A stretch of 64,000 bases of DNA from a virus (Duplodnaviria; Caudoviricetes): IMG/VR virus record IMGVR_UViG_3300031555_004710, positions 1-64,000 of that record. One strand, 5' to 3'. Positions 20,427 to 31,510 of the stretch are shown piece after piece. The position numbers were made by a program, and so were the translations under genes. The notes below the pieces were generated by a model that was not told where the DNA came from, did not search any database, and saw nothing but the letters and a program-made list of their open reading frames with translations. The stretch's first letter is position 1. Each line of letters starts with the position of its first letter.

Positions 20427-22745
20427 TCAATCTACATAATCTTCGATATTGAATCCTTGACTACCACCATCATCTAGGAAATTTGATTCCCAAACACCTG
20501 AATCATATTGATTCCAAAAAGCATCGTCCATTGGTGCTGCTGAAGGAGTAATGGTTGCTCCTCCACCCATACCATTATCTGTAGCCATTTCGGCTGCATT
20601 TATTCTTTTAGCATTTTGTAATTCTTTATAATATGCTTCAGCATCGGTTACAGGATTCTTTTGCTTGAAAGCGCCTGAAATTAATTCTCTCATATTATCA
20701 GGTAAACTTGGAAGCATTTCTTTTAACTTTCTTAATGTGCCTTCTTCAGTAATTTCACCTTTTTCATCGTAGTCGGTAATATCATCGCTTGCACCTCTAC
20801 GAATTCCATATTGCTCAAGTTTTTCATATGGAGAGTGAAGATAGACAAACATACCTATCAAATATGACATGATATTATCATCGTGCAAACCCTGAGCTGC
20901 TTCGACTCGACCGTTAGGTTTTCTGATAAGACCACATACATCTTCTACTAAGTATGGAGTAAGTAATAATTCTTTGCGTTCCTCCATAATATTCTCCAAT
21001 ATTGCATAATATTGTGCTCTATTTGAACCTGTCCATATACCATATGCTCTTCTTTGCATTGCTTCTCGTTTAAGAGCTCCATATGGATCAGTTTTCTCTA
21101 TTACCTGGTCCCCAAGCTTTCCATCATCATAATATAATTGATATCTATACTTAGTTTCCAGAAAGCAGTTTATCAATTCTCTACCTTTATTACTTTCGAC
21201 AACTATCATTGATTTAGGACAGTACTCATCTAAGAATTTGCAACATAATCTACATAAATCAGGTTGACTAATATATGGAGATTTAAATTCCGCTACAGCT
21301 TTTTGTGTGCTAGGATTTATCAATGTAAATGAGTTATTATCTTGAGCCAAACCTTCCGATGGGTCTACCGATAATATATAAACTTTATTCATCTTTATTT
21401 TCTCATATATCATGATAGGACAAAGATTTTTACTATAATCGATTTTTGCAATTGGTTCCAATTGATGATTCATTAAGTACATTAAATCAGAACGTTTAAA
21501 TGGCGAGTTGCTCGAACCATGAATACGCTTTAATTCAATTTCACGCATAATAGTTTCCATATTAAATGAAACAAGACCACATTGTTTCTCATACCATTCC
21601 ATAGGAAGTTTTAATTGTCGCCAAGAATGCTCGACGAACACGAATCTGTTGTAGCTAGGACCATTAATTATCTTTTTTAATTTATCAATGGGCTCATCTA
21701 ACATACGGTCTTCCCACTTAAGCATTTTAGTAACATATTCACTTGCAGCAGCACCATCTCTCATATCAAGATCACCTGGTGTGCTAGAGAGTATTCTACC
21801 ATATAAACTTCCGTGAGTTTCAGCATTTTTTGCCGCTGTAGAATAAGCAAATGAAGCAGCATTCATAATTTCTAATTGATATGGAATAAAGTCAAATTCA
21901 TCTAAATATTGGAGAGCTGCAGTAGCACCACGGCCTAGTTTCATTGCACTTTCCTTTGAAGTCGCTTTTCCCATAGTCATTATTGTATTTCCATTTACAG
22001 GATTTCTAATACTCTTTGTATTATCAATACCCTTATCAAATTTACCATTCTCATTCATTATAGCACGCATCTGTAACCATGCAGGCATCATATCTCTTTG
22101 GCATTTTAATCTATACAAATTCATATTTGCTTGATCTTGGTCTTTATTAAAGAATAATGCCGTAGATGCCATATTACCAAAATGATATGCATAATTGAAT
22201 TTAGCTACACAATCCTGTGTCTTACCTTGCTGACGGGGTTTTGATTGATAATGATCTATTCCATTTAGAAATAGATACCAACAAGCAACGTTATTTCTAT
22301 CTATCTTATATTGTACTCCTCCACCAACTTCAATTGGAAGACCATCGACAGGAATTCTTAAAACTTCACGTAACCAATACCATGGATTAATTAAGCATTC
22401 AATAAATACTTTTATTTGCATTTCCTTTGGTAGCACAGGAGAATATACATCTACGCCTTGTAAATCTGTATCATATAGACGTAAAAAGAACTTGTTATTT
22501 TTTACTCCTAATCTATATAAGTCTTGATATAAATCAAGAAACGATTTATTTTTAGTTTTAAAATCATAGAATTTCTTTTTACTAACTCTCTTAGCATACT
22601 CACCAGCTTGATTAGCAAATGATTTAAACATTCCCTCATCTTCAGCTGACATTGTAGATTGATCCACAAGCATTTGTGATTCAGAAACTTTTTCATCACT
22701 ATACACTACAGAAGTATCATATTCTGAATTTAAAATTTGAGCCAT
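20427..22745 (-). CDS. terL: Terminase large subunit
   Basis: Walker A KPRQQGKT, Walker B YLDE, SSTPG coupling motif, RNase H-like SVDPSEG...HDDNIMS. Confidence 0.9.
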   Translation of the reverse strand: MAQILNSEYDTSVVYSDEKVSESQMLVDQSTMSAEDEGMFKSFANQAGEYAKRVSKKKFYDFKTKNKSFLDLYQDLYRLGVKNNKFFLRLYDTDLQGVDVYSPVLPKEMQIKVFIECLINPWYWLREVLRIPVDGLPIEVGGGVQYKIDRNNVACWYLFLNGIDHYQSKPRQQGKTQDCVAKFNYAYHFGNMASTALFFNKDQDQANMNLYRLKCQRDMMPAWLQMRAIMNENGKFDKGIDNTKSIRNPVNGNTIMTMGKATSKESAMKLGRGATAALQYLDEFDFIPYQLEIMNAASFAYSTAAKNAETHGSLYGRILSSTPGDLDMRDGAAASEYVTKMLKWEDRMLDEPIDKLKKIINGPSYNRFVFVEHSWRQLKLPMEWYEKQCGLVSFNMETIMREIELKRIHGSSNSPFKRSDLMYLMNHQLEPIAKIDYSKNLCPIMIYEKIKMNKVYILSVDPSEGLAQDNNSFTLINPSTQKAVAEFKSPYISQPDLCRLCCKFLDEYCPKSMIVVESNKGRELINCFLETKYRYQLYYDDGKLGDQVIEKTDPYGALKREAMQRRAYGIWTGSNRAQYYAILENIMEERKELLLTPYLVEDVCGLIRKPNGRVEAAQGLHDDNIMSYLIGMFVYLHSPYEKLEQYGIRRGASDDITDYDEKGEITEEGTLRKLKEMLPSLPDNMRELISGAFKQKNPVTDAEAYYKELQNAKRINAAEMATDNGMGGGATITPSAAPMDDAFWNQYDSGVWESNFLDDGGSQGFNIEDYVD

Positions 22746-22869
22746 ATGCAATGACCTCCTTTCATTCATTATATATTAATTTAAAGTTTTGATGTTTGTT
22801 ATATTAAAAATATATCCTAGATATGACATATATGTAAAGCAAATAAAAAAGACTCAAAATGTAAAGTAG

Positions 22870-23724
22870 GTGAAAATAATGTCTTATACTAATCCTGATA
22901 CAATGATGGAAGTAGCTAATATATTGGAATCATTTGATGAGGAAAATCTTTATGAAATTTTTAAATCTCAAATTACATCTGATGATGGATATACTGATTT
23001 ACAAATAAATCATTTAATGCCTTTATACAATTCATATCAGAGAGTTATGAATCTTGCAGGTATTGATGAAGATGATAAAGAAGTTATCAGAACTAGATTC
23101 CAAAATGTGTGCTTATCCATTATTAATTTTATATGTAGTAAATTTGGTATTGAAATTGATATGAATTGGGTTGAGACTAATTATGGAAAACTACCAGCAC
23201 TAACAATGTGCTTATATCAATTCTTTGTACTGGATATATTTTATGTAATACTTAAATCACTTAATAATTACATTAGTAAAAATATTGATGACTTATTTAA
23301 TGCATTTGCTGATTCTATTCAATCAAAAGATGTATCTACTGCAACTAATATGAAGATTTTAGATCCTAAATATGCTGCAATAGTATCATCAATGTATGAT
23401 GTTACTGATTATACATTTACTATGATGGACAGTGAATCAATATTTGAGTATATTGACAATAAATATGTACCTGGAGCAGTTTTAAGAAACTTAATGGATT
23501 CTGGAGTGCTTACAGGAGACTTTGCAAATGTATTTGCTAATATATATAAAGAAAATCTTGCTTTAAGATCAAAAATTACTTTTGAATTAATTTTCAAGAT
23601 CAAAGAGCAAGGATACTTATCATTTAATCCATTGATTATAAATGAAACTCAATTAGCTGAAATTAATACAACTGAACCTGAAGTACATGTTAACACAGAT
23701 ATTTCAGATGATGTTGATGAATAA
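22870..23724 (+). CDS. Hypothetical late protein
   Basis: 284 aa ORF; GACA-N6-TAA variant at 22825. Confidence 0.55.
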   Translation: MKIMSYTNPDTMMEVANILESFDEENLYEIFKSQITSDDGYTDLQINHLMPLYNSYQRVMNLAGIDEDDKEVIRTRFQNVCLSIINFICSKFGIEIDMNWVETNYGKLPALTMCLYQFFVLDIFYVILKSLNNYISKNIDDLFNAFADSIQSKDVSTATNMKILDPKYAAIVSSMYDVTDYTFTMMDSESIFEYIDNKYVPGAVLRNLMDSGVLTGDFANVFANIYKENLALRSKITFELIFKIKEQGYLSFNPLIINETQLAEINTTEPEVHVNTDISDDVDE

Positions 23725-23748
23725 AAAATATATTAGGAGGAGCTAAAA

Positions 23749-25146
23749 ATGGAAAATAATAATTTACCTAATTACATGACGGATAATAGAGGTATCAAAC
23801 TTGAATCTGTCAAAACTGATCCTAACAATCCTGGTTCATTTACAGTAAGTGAAGAAGAAGCTGAAAGATTAAAAGCAATGGCTATGGCAAATTCTAATTC
23901 TGAACTTACAGAAGAAATGAAAGCTGCAATGGGTATGGTAAACGGTGATTATGACAAACAGATTCCTGATAGAGTACATAATCATATCTGTTATGATGAG
24001 GCTAAAAGAAATAATGAGCAGTATGCAAAAGAATCAAAAGCATTTACAAATTTAGTAGTTCCAGATGAAGCTACTAGAGAACTTCTTGATGAAGATGATG
24101 CTACATCAGATTTATCAAATTTTGATTTTGGTGATATTGATGAATATTGTGAAAAATTAGGTTCTCTAAGTTTTCTTGAAGCAGTATCATATAAAAAGAA
24201 AATTGATGTTGAGATTGCTAGATGGAAATCTTGTAAGAGTATGCTGAAAGCAATTTCAGATTTAAGATTGGATGATGAAACTAATAGAGAATTAATGAAA
24301 ATCAATGCAATGGAAAAATACGATTTTCTTGAATCTATTGATGATTTTGAATCTCACTATGAAGATAATTTAAACAAGCTTGAGACAATATCTTCAAAAC
24401 TTGTTGAAATAGTAAGTGCTCATAAAGATGAAATGGATTCCACTAAATTCCTTACAGATGAAATGATTCATTTAATGGAAGGTAAAGTTAATAAATTAGA
24501 TCCTGAAGGAATGAATTATACTTTTAATAAAGGAAAAATGGAAACTGTTATAAATGCATTTAAGAATCGTTTAGATTTAACATATCTTTCAACTAAATTA
24601 GACTCATATCTTCTTAGCAGCAAAGCTAACATTAGAAGAGATTTGAGAAACTGTAATTCTAATAATCGTGCTAAATTTATAAATGATTTAGTAAGATACT
24701 TTAGTGAAGATATTATATATGGTTTATATGAAAGATTGATGTGTGCTTTTAATGATGATGCAAAATCGGTTTATGTAATGATGGGACTTCTTGCAAAAGT
24801 CATGAATACTGAAAGAAAAACATCTAGAGATGTTTGGGCAAAAGTATTTATATTAAACCTTGCAGATATGTATAATAATATCTTCGATATTGAAGAAGCC
24901 TCTACTGAAGAAGGTTATGGATACATGGCTAGAATTGCTATTACATTCCATGAAAAGATTAAAACCTTTGTAGATGCACAAAAAGATATTAAGATACCTA
25001 ACTATAAAGTTAATTTTGGATTAAAAACTCCAACTAAAAAACGTAAGGAGTTATGTGAAGAATATACAGCTATTCCTCCTACTGAGGAAGATAGTGAAAA
25101 TTCTCAACCTGTTGAGAATACTGAAATTAATTCAGAAAACGAATAA
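23749..25146 (+). CDS. Hypothetical helical protein
   Basis: 465 aa ORF with AGGAGG RBS. Confidence 0.6.
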   Translation: MENNNLPNYMTDNRGIKLESVKTDPNNPGSFTVSEEEAERLKAMAMANSNSELTEEMKAAMGMVNGDYDKQIPDRVHNHICYDEAKRNNEQYAKESKAFTNLVVPDEATRELLDEDDATSDLSNFDFGDIDEYCEKLGSLSFLEAVSYKKKIDVEIARWKSCKSMLKAISDLRLDDETNRELMKINAMEKYDFLESIDDFESHYEDNLNKLETISSKLVEIVSAHKDEMDSTKFLTDEMIHLMEGKVNKLDPEGMNYTFNKGKMETVINAFKNRLDLTYLSTKLDSYLLSSKANIRRDLRNCNSNNRAKFINDLVRYFSEDIIYGLYERLMCAFNDDAKSVYVMMGLLAKVMNTERKTSRDVWAKVFILNLADMYNNIFDIEEASTEEGYGYMARIAITFHEKIKTFVDAQKDIKIPNYKVNFGLKTPTKKRKELCEEYTAIPPTEEDSENSQPVENTEINSENE

Positions 25147-25245
25147 TTATAATGTAGATAGTGCTATTCTGGTACTATCTACATTTTTTATAAGTTTAAC
25201 ATTTGATTAAAGAATAGAATGAAAACCTAAAAAGGAGGTATTCTA

Positions 25246-26010
25246 ATGTCAAATGTACTTCTAAATGACGGAAAATATATATTCATAAATACTCCATATG
25301 CTGAAGCATATATTCCAGACGATTTATTTGATAGACCTAATGAAGATCCTTCTCCATCAAGTTTAGCATATAAAACAGGTGAGAGTGTTACTACAATAGG
25401 TATTTTCTATATGAGATTTTTTGATTCCGATGAAAATGCGAGTATTCAAAGAGATAAAATTAAAGTAAAAACTTTAGCTTATCCAAATAAAATTGAAACT
25501 TTCCCATCTGGAAATGCAAGTAAAGAAACCCTTACAATAAATGGTGTTACTGATACTTATCAAGTTCTCAAATATTATAAAGGTGATATTTTAATGTCAT
25601 CAGCATCACAACAGTCTGCTGATAATGCTGAAATGTTTACAAAACTTGTGATGGCTGGTAAAGTTCCTAAATCATTATCATATGATGAACTTTATTTTAC
25701 TTGGAAAAAGAACTTTGAAGTTAATGGGGTAAATGCTGCAATCCCACCAGTATTGCTACAAGCAATATTATCTAAAGTTTGTAGAGATTCTGATAATACT
25801 AATGAAGAGTTTAGAAAACTAGTAGGTAAAAAGAAGATTGACCCACATAGTTATACTATGCTTAGTATGAATCAGATTTCTGCATATTCATCTGTAATGA
25901 CTTCAATGGCATTTGAAAGATTTGCAGAAAAATTAACAACTTCATTATTGATGTCTAAAGAGGGCACAGTACAAGAAAAATCACCAATTGAGAAGGTTAT
26001 TACAATGTAA
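25246..26010 (+). CDS. RNA polymerase beta-prime C-terminal fragment (probably virion RNAP)
   Basis: NGVN..PPVLLQAILSKVCR and SSVMTSMAFERFAEKLTTSL..SPIEKVI match the beta-prime C-terminal QGV..KHIEVIVRQM / SFISAASFQET..L..ENVI segments; late promoter. Confidence 0.6.
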   Translation: MSNVLLNDGKYIFINTPYAEAYIPDDLFDRPNEDPSPSSLAYKTGESVTTIGIFYMRFFDSDENASIQRDKIKVKTLAYPNKIETFPSGNASKETLTINGVTDTYQVLKYYKGDILMSSASQQSADNAEMFTKLVMAGKVPKSLSYDELYFTWKKNFEVNGVNAAIPPVLLQAILSKVCRDSDNTNEEFRKLVGKKKIDPHSYTMLSMNQISAYSSVMTSMAFERFAEKLTTSLLMSKEGTVQEKSPIEKVITM

Positions 26011-26148
26011 AAGAAGAGACGATATCGTCTCTTCTTTATTTTTAATTTTATAAAATACTCTATAATCTAAATGAAAATCTATTAACAACGTAATAAAATA
26101 TTTGAATAAAACTATTTATTTTTTAATTATATGAAGGAGGTTTGTAAA

Positions 26149-28056
26149 ATGCCAAAACCTTATCAGATTATCCCACAAGGTAGTATGTTTCGTCCTAAAA
26201 TAGAGACACATATTAATGATAATACTGAAGTTATTAATGAAAATCCTTCTGGTGGCGGTACTGTTACATCCGGACTTTTTGTTTTCTCCTCTCCTAGAGG
26301 TAGAGATGGAAAAATCCTAACTATTACAAACGGATTATCCGAATTTGTAAATGAGTATGGAATGGGTCCTTATTCAAAATATGGCCAGCCTTTATTAAAT
26401 GCGTATGCTGCAGCTAGAGCTGCAACTTCCTCAAATGCAACACTTCACTGTTTACGTGTAACTCCTGATGATGCTGCATATTCAAATGCTACATTGATTG
26501 CAAAGTACAAAGTTAATGGAGAAAATCTCAATGTACATTTTGTTGTCAAAGGTAGTGACGCAGATCTTACAGATTTATCTACTTTAGATAGTTGCTGTAC
26601 AGTTGCAGATGACGCTGATGAAGCTGGTTACACTGCAGTAAAACTGTTCACTATTGCTTATAGTGGTAAAGGTGAATGGGGTAAAAATATCAGATTCAGA
26701 ATCACTAATGATGCTGCAACTGATAAAAATAACAACTATAAAAACTATAATTTCCAGATTTTCCGTAATGAATCAATTCTTGAACAGATTGAAAACCACA
26801 ATGTCGCATTTGTTCCTGATGCGGTTTATAACGGAGCATCAATTTACACAGAAGATGTATTGAATGATAGTGTAAGTGGTTCAGATTATACTGCAATATA
26901 TGTAAATGAAGAAGGTTTCAAGGCCTTATACGATGCATATAAAATTGCAGTACCTGATACAACATTTACAATTAACGATTTCGATGCTCTTTTAGGTATT
27001 GATAAATATGTTCGCAATAATACTATACCTAACCTTGTTATAGAATCTGCTGATACAGTAACTCCTGCTGAAGGCGAAACTGCTGTTAATGTAAATATGG
27101 ATACCGGAATCGCTTTATTTGGTGGCTATGATGGTACAATCGAAGAAGATTCTACAGATAAAGATGGTAAATATGTAGCGGGCACTTTAAATCAATTATA
27201 TAAGAAAGCTTTTAAAGGCGAAATTGATGAAAATATTAAATCAAAGAATAGATACCCTTCAACATTTATCTTTGATGCTAATTTCGATGTTGATACAAAA
27301 TTAGCAATTTACGAATTAGCTAAAAAGAGAACAGACTGTATGGCAGTTCTTGACTTTGGTTTAAATATCACAACTAAAGCATCTGTTGGTTCATATTTTG
27401 ATACTAATTTTGATGACTTAATTGATGATAGAATTTGTACATTTGAACCTTATTGTATGAAGGTTCGTGATCCTTATACACAGAAGGCTGTTACAGTTAC
27501 TTCAACAAATTGGTTAGCATCAGAATACTTTATTCATATCAACAACTGGAACGGTAAACACCGTCCATTAGCTGGTAATAAATTTGGTATAATTTCTGGT
27601 CATATCAATGATTCTATATATCCTGTATTTGATGACGATCTTGACGTTGATATGCTTGATGAACTTGCTGAAAAGCATTGTAACGTTGCTAAGTATAATC
27701 AGAATCAGGTAGTTGTTCGTTCTATGCAGAACACAGCTCAGTCTAAGATGAGTGCATTAAGCGAAATGAATAATGTATTAATTCTTTTAGATGTTAAGAG
27801 AGACTGTGAAAAAATCTGTGCTATGAACGAATACGATTTTAGTGAAGCTGAAGACATTGCTCGTTTCAATATTTCTATGTCAAGTCTTGCTGATAAATAT
27901 GCAAATGCACAGGTTCGTAGCATTGGAGCATATTTTGATAAGAATGCTTGGGAAGCTGAAAGAGGAATCTTACATCTTTACGTTGAGATGGTTCACAAAG
28001 ATCTTGTTAAAACTACGATCATCGAAATCGATGTTAATCGTAGTGCAAGTAACTAA
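26149..28056 (+). CDS. Contractile tail sheath protein
   Basis: RP.IE..IND N-terminus, CLRV, G.WG..I, R.DC, C-terminal LSEMNNV; directly upstream of the tube gene. Confidence 0.85.
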   Translation: MPKPYQIIPQGSMFRPKIETHINDNTEVINENPSGGGTVTSGLFVFSSPRGRDGKILTITNGLSEFVNEYGMGPYSKYGQPLLNAYAAARAATSSNATLHCLRVTPDDAAYSNATLIAKYKVNGENLNVHFVVKGSDADLTDLSTLDSCCTVADDADEAGYTAVKLFTIAYSGKGEWGKNIRFRITNDAATDKNNNYKNYNFQIFRNESILEQIENHNVAFVPDAVYNGASIYTEDVLNDSVSGSDYTAIYVNEEGFKALYDAYKIAVPDTTFTINDFDALLGIDKYVRNNTIPNLVIESADTVTPAEGETAVNVNMDTGIALFGGYDGTIEEDSTDKDGKYVAGTLNQLYKKAFKGEIDENIKSKNRYPSTFIFDANFDVDTKLAIYELAKKRTDCMAVLDFGLNITTKASVGSYFDTNFDDLIDDRICTFEPYCMKVRDPYTQKAVTVTSTNWLASEYFIHINNWNGKHRPLAGNKFGIISGHINDSIYPVFDDDLDVDMLDELAEKHCNVAKYNQNQVVVRSMQNTAQSKMSALSEMNNVLILLDVKRDCEKICAMNEYDFSEAEDIARFNISMSSLADKYANAQVRSIGAYFDKNAWEAERGILHLYVEMVHKDLVKTTIIEIDVNRSASN

Positions 28057-28074
28057 GAAAGGAGGTAATTGATT

Positions 28075-28941
28075 ATGGCTACAAAAGCTCCAAAAACTAT
28101 ACAGAGCACATCTACAAAATTTAGTGATGGTTCTATACAAGTAAATACTAATAGTAAGACATTTGAGAATTTCTCATACTTCCTTGGTGGTATTGATGTA
28201 ACACATCAGAATCTTGATCAGTTTACTCCTTATATTCGTGGAGTATCTCGTATTTTCTTGCATAAACCACCTTTATTTATGAGTAAGCAATATCCTACTC
28301 AGACAAAAAGTTTCAAAACATATATTGAAACTGGTTACAAGAGTATAGATGGTATTGGTGATATTTCTGTTGACTTTACACAGTTCGAAGGCGGATTTAA
28401 TGGTCAGCAATTCTCAACACCTCAGTCTGCTCGTGATGATACAGAATCAGTTACAATTTCTGTATATGAACTTTCAGGATCACCTGTTCGTGAATATCTT
28501 GACACTTGGGTAACTGGTGTAAGAGATATTAGATCTGGTATTGCACACTATCATGGTGCTATGGAAGGTGCCGACGGTTTAAAATATTCTGAAATTAATC
28601 ACACCGCTGAATTTATATATGCAACATACGATCCTACTGGTATGACACCTGAGTATTGCTGTATGTTTGCACACTGTTTCCCTCGTAGAGTTCCTAAGAA
28701 TCACCTTAACTATGAAGCTGGTAACAGAGACAATGTTCAGATGGATATCGAATTCGCTACTACAAAGTACGAATCTCCTGCTATCAATGACATTGGTATC
28801 TGGTATACTATCAATTCTAAAGTTAAGTGGAATTACCTTGATTTCAGTCCTGAATCTAACAATAAGGGATATATGAGTACTTCAGGTAATGTATATACTT
28901 ACAACTATGGTGATGGAACAGGTAAACAGAACTCTTATTAA
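28075..28941 (+). CDS. Tail tube protein
   Basis: Follows the sheath gene; LDTWVTGVRD..SG, CFP..VP..LNYE pattern of myophage tubes. Confidence 0.75.
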   Translation: MATKAPKTIQSTSTKFSDGSIQVNTNSKTFENFSYFLGGIDVTHQNLDQFTPYIRGVSRIFLHKPPLFMSKQYPTQTKSFKTYIETGYKSIDGIGDISVDFTQFEGGFNGQQFSTPQSARDDTESVTISVYELSGSPVREYLDTWVTGVRDIRSGIAHYHGAMEGADGLKYSEINHTAEFIYATYDPTGMTPEYCCMFAHCFPRRVPKNHLNYEAGNRDNVQMDIEFATTKYESPAINDIGIWYTINSKVKWNYLDFSPESNNKGYMSTSGNVYTYNYGDGTGKQNSY

Positions 28942-28947
28942 TTAATA

Positions 28948-28976
28948 AAAGAGAAGATGCTATGCATCTTCTCTTT
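28948..28976 (+). terminator. Intrinsic terminator after the sheath-tube operon
   Basis: aaagagaagatgc-tat-gcatcttctcttt. Confidence 0.8.
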
Positions 28977-29057
28977 ATTTATAATTCTTTAGCGATTTTA
29001 ACATTTAACTAATACATCTATTCTAATCATTCTATATATAGAAAGTTGGTGAAACTA

Positions 29058-31469
29058 ATGGCCAAAAATAATAAATCTTTAGAGAAAAATAAAGTTGATC
29101 CTAAGATAAGTGTCTTAGATGTCGCTGCTAAAAAATTAATTAGTACCATAGATACTAATTATAATGAGCGAGAATTACTTTCTCAAAAAGATGCTAGAAT
29201 TCAAGAAATTATTAATGGGGAATTAGATCTTGCAAAAGGTATTTCCCAAGGTAGTATTATTGATTTTGTAACTACAATGGCTAAAGATAGTGCAAAACAT
29301 CAAGGAGCTAATCCAGATAATATAGATGGGTATTCATTATTTACAGAAAACATTGGAGACTTATTTGGATATTTCCAAGATATGTATAAAAATAGATATA
29401 TTGAATTAGCAGACCTTAAATTTATTACAAAATTTATACCTGCTATTGGTGAAGCGGTTAAAGTAACACTTGATTCAATTGTATCTTCAGATGATTTTTC
29501 AACTTCAATTAGTAGAAACTTGGAATTTGGTCCTACTCTTACAACAGAAGAAAAGGCCACTGTTCAAGCAGAAATTGAAAGAATTGAAAGAGATGAAAAA
29601 CTTCTTAAGAAGTTTAAAAATATTGTATACCAGAAAACATTAGTTTCTGGTACTAATTATGTTTACATGATTCCATATGCAGAATTATTTGCAGAATATG
29701 ATAAGCTTCGAAAAGAAGGGAAAATTATTAATAACGTACTTGTAAATAATTCTATTGCAAGAACGTCTGCAAATAAATCAAAAGATAAAGGATTTAATGT
29801 AAAAGAACTTAAAGGTCAAGGATTTGCGGCTAATGAAGCTGCGTTAAATTATTCATCAATTGATTTCAATGAATTTAGTGATGATAATAAGAAAATTATT
29901 GACGTTGCTATTGAGAGTCTTGGTAAAGAATATAAAGATGATGAAAAGAAAAATATCCGTAATCAATTAGTTGATACATTTAATCACATTAATATTATAG
30001 ACTCACATGTTATAGCAGATGCTTTAGAAGGATACTCCGCATTGGATCTAATGAAAGAAAATCTTTCTAGTTACAAAGATGTATTTAGTGGTATTGGAGT
30101 TATTGAAGATGAAATAAATAATGTTCCAGATGGAACTTTTTCAAATGAAATTAAACCTGAAAAGTTTAATACTCAGGGCTCTTATATTAAATATATTGAT
30201 GCAGGTAAACTGGTTCCTATTAGAGTATATAACCAAGTAATAGGATACTTACATGTGCATGATATGAGTGCTAGTAAAAAAGCAAATGTAATTGATAGTG
30301 CAGGTTCTGTACAAACTAATGTTCTTGGTGGCACCAACATATTTAATTCAATGATGAATATGACTGCCGACAAAAGAAATCATGCAGTGCAGACAATTGT
30401 AGATTCAATTACAGATGGTATCCTTACTAACTTTTCAAATAAATTCGTTAATAAAAATGCCGATTTTAAAAGATTGATTGCAGATTGTATTGTGGCAAAT
30501 GGATTTGTTAATAATGCATTTCAGATACAGTTTATTCCTGCAAAATATATAATCCCATTCACAGTTAATGAAAATGAAGATGGTATTGGACAATCTATTT
30601 TACAGGATGCATTATTCCCTGCTAAGATGTTATTGTCATTAGTAGTATCAAAATTACTACTGTATATGAATAAAAGTGGTAATAAGACTATTGCATATGT
30701 TCGTAAAGGACCTATAGATATCAATACAAGTAATCACGTTCAACGAACAATTCGTATGCTACAGCAGGCAGATATAACTTTTGCTGATTTATTATCTACA
30801 AATTTATCATTCCAGAAATTTAATAGAAATGGTAATATTCAATTACCTATGGCTAAGAATGGTGATAGATTAATAGATTTTGAAACTCAGGAAGGACAGG
30901 ATGTTGACCTAAATACTCCTATGGAAGAATATTTAGAAAAACTTGCAATTATGGGAACTGGTGTTCCATCAGTAATATTGGAATATACAGATGCTGCAGA
31001 TTATGCAAAATCTATAGTTACAGCAAATATTAAATTTGCTGGAAGAGTAGCTTCGCTTCAATCTGATTTAGAAGAACCTACTACAGATGTGTATAAAGGA
31101 TTAATTGCAACATCTAATCTACCTGACGATCTTAAGAAAAAAGTTATACCGACATTCGAATTTAAACTTTGTAGACCTAAAGTACTTACCAATACTAATA
31201 TGGCAGATTACTTATCTCAAATGGAATCTGTTACCAATAGTATAGCAAGATTATATTTAGGTGAGAATGATGCCGATGATGATGCTATTGACTTACGCCG
31301 TAGATTCGTTAAAGAAATATCTACTCAATATTTACCATTTATTTCATGGGATGAATTTGAGGGATTATTACAAAAAATAAAAGTTGAAGCATCTGGTGAA
31401 AAAGACCTTGATAAAAAAGGTTCTACCGATGATTTAAGCGGAGAAAGTTCAGATGATGAATTTCTTTAA
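29058..31469 (+). CDS. Portal protein
   Basis: About 800 aa; GQSIL..A, GTGVPS, NIKFAGRV..LQ typical of T4 gp20-like portals; late promoter. Confidence 0.75.
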   Translation: MAKNNKSLEKNKVDPKISVLDVAAKKLISTIDTNYNERELLSQKDARIQEIINGELDLAKGISQGSIIDFVTTMAKDSAKHQGANPDNIDGYSLFTENIGDLFGYFQDMYKNRYIELADLKFITKFIPAIGEAVKVTLDSIVSSDDFSTSISRNLEFGPTLTTEEKATVQAEIERIERDEKLLKKFKNIVYQKTLVSGTNYVYMIPYAELFAEYDKLRKEGKIINNVLVNNSIARTSANKSKDKGFNVKELKGQGFAANEAALNYSSIDFNEFSDDNKKIIDVAIESLGKEYKDDEKKNIRNQLVDTFNHINIIDSHVIADALEGYSALDLMKENLSSYKDVFSGIGVIEDEINNVPDGTFSNEIKPEKFNTQGSYIKYIDAGKLVPIRVYNQVIGYLHVHDMSASKKANVIDSAGSVQTNVLGGTNIFNSMMNMTADKRNHAVQTIVDSITDGILTNFSNKFVNKNADFKRLIADCIVANGFVNNAFQIQFIPAKYIIPFTVNENEDGIGQSILQDALFPAKMLLSLVVSKLLLYMNKSGNKTIAYVRKGPIDINTSNHVQRTIRMLQQADITFADLLSTNLSFQKFNRNGNIQLPMAKNGDRLIDFETQEGQDVDLNTPMEEYLEKLAIMGTGVPSVILEYTDAADYAKSIVTANIKFAGRVASLQSDLEEPTTDVYKGLIATSNLPDDLKKKVIPTFEFKLCRPKVLTNTNMADYLSQMESVTNSIARLYLGENDADDDAIDLRRRFVKEISTQYLPFISWDEFEGLLQKIKVEASGEKDLDKKGSTDDLSGESSDDEFL

Positions 31470-31510
31470 TTAAATACAAAAAATAAAGAGAGCTAATGCT
31501 CTCTTTATTT

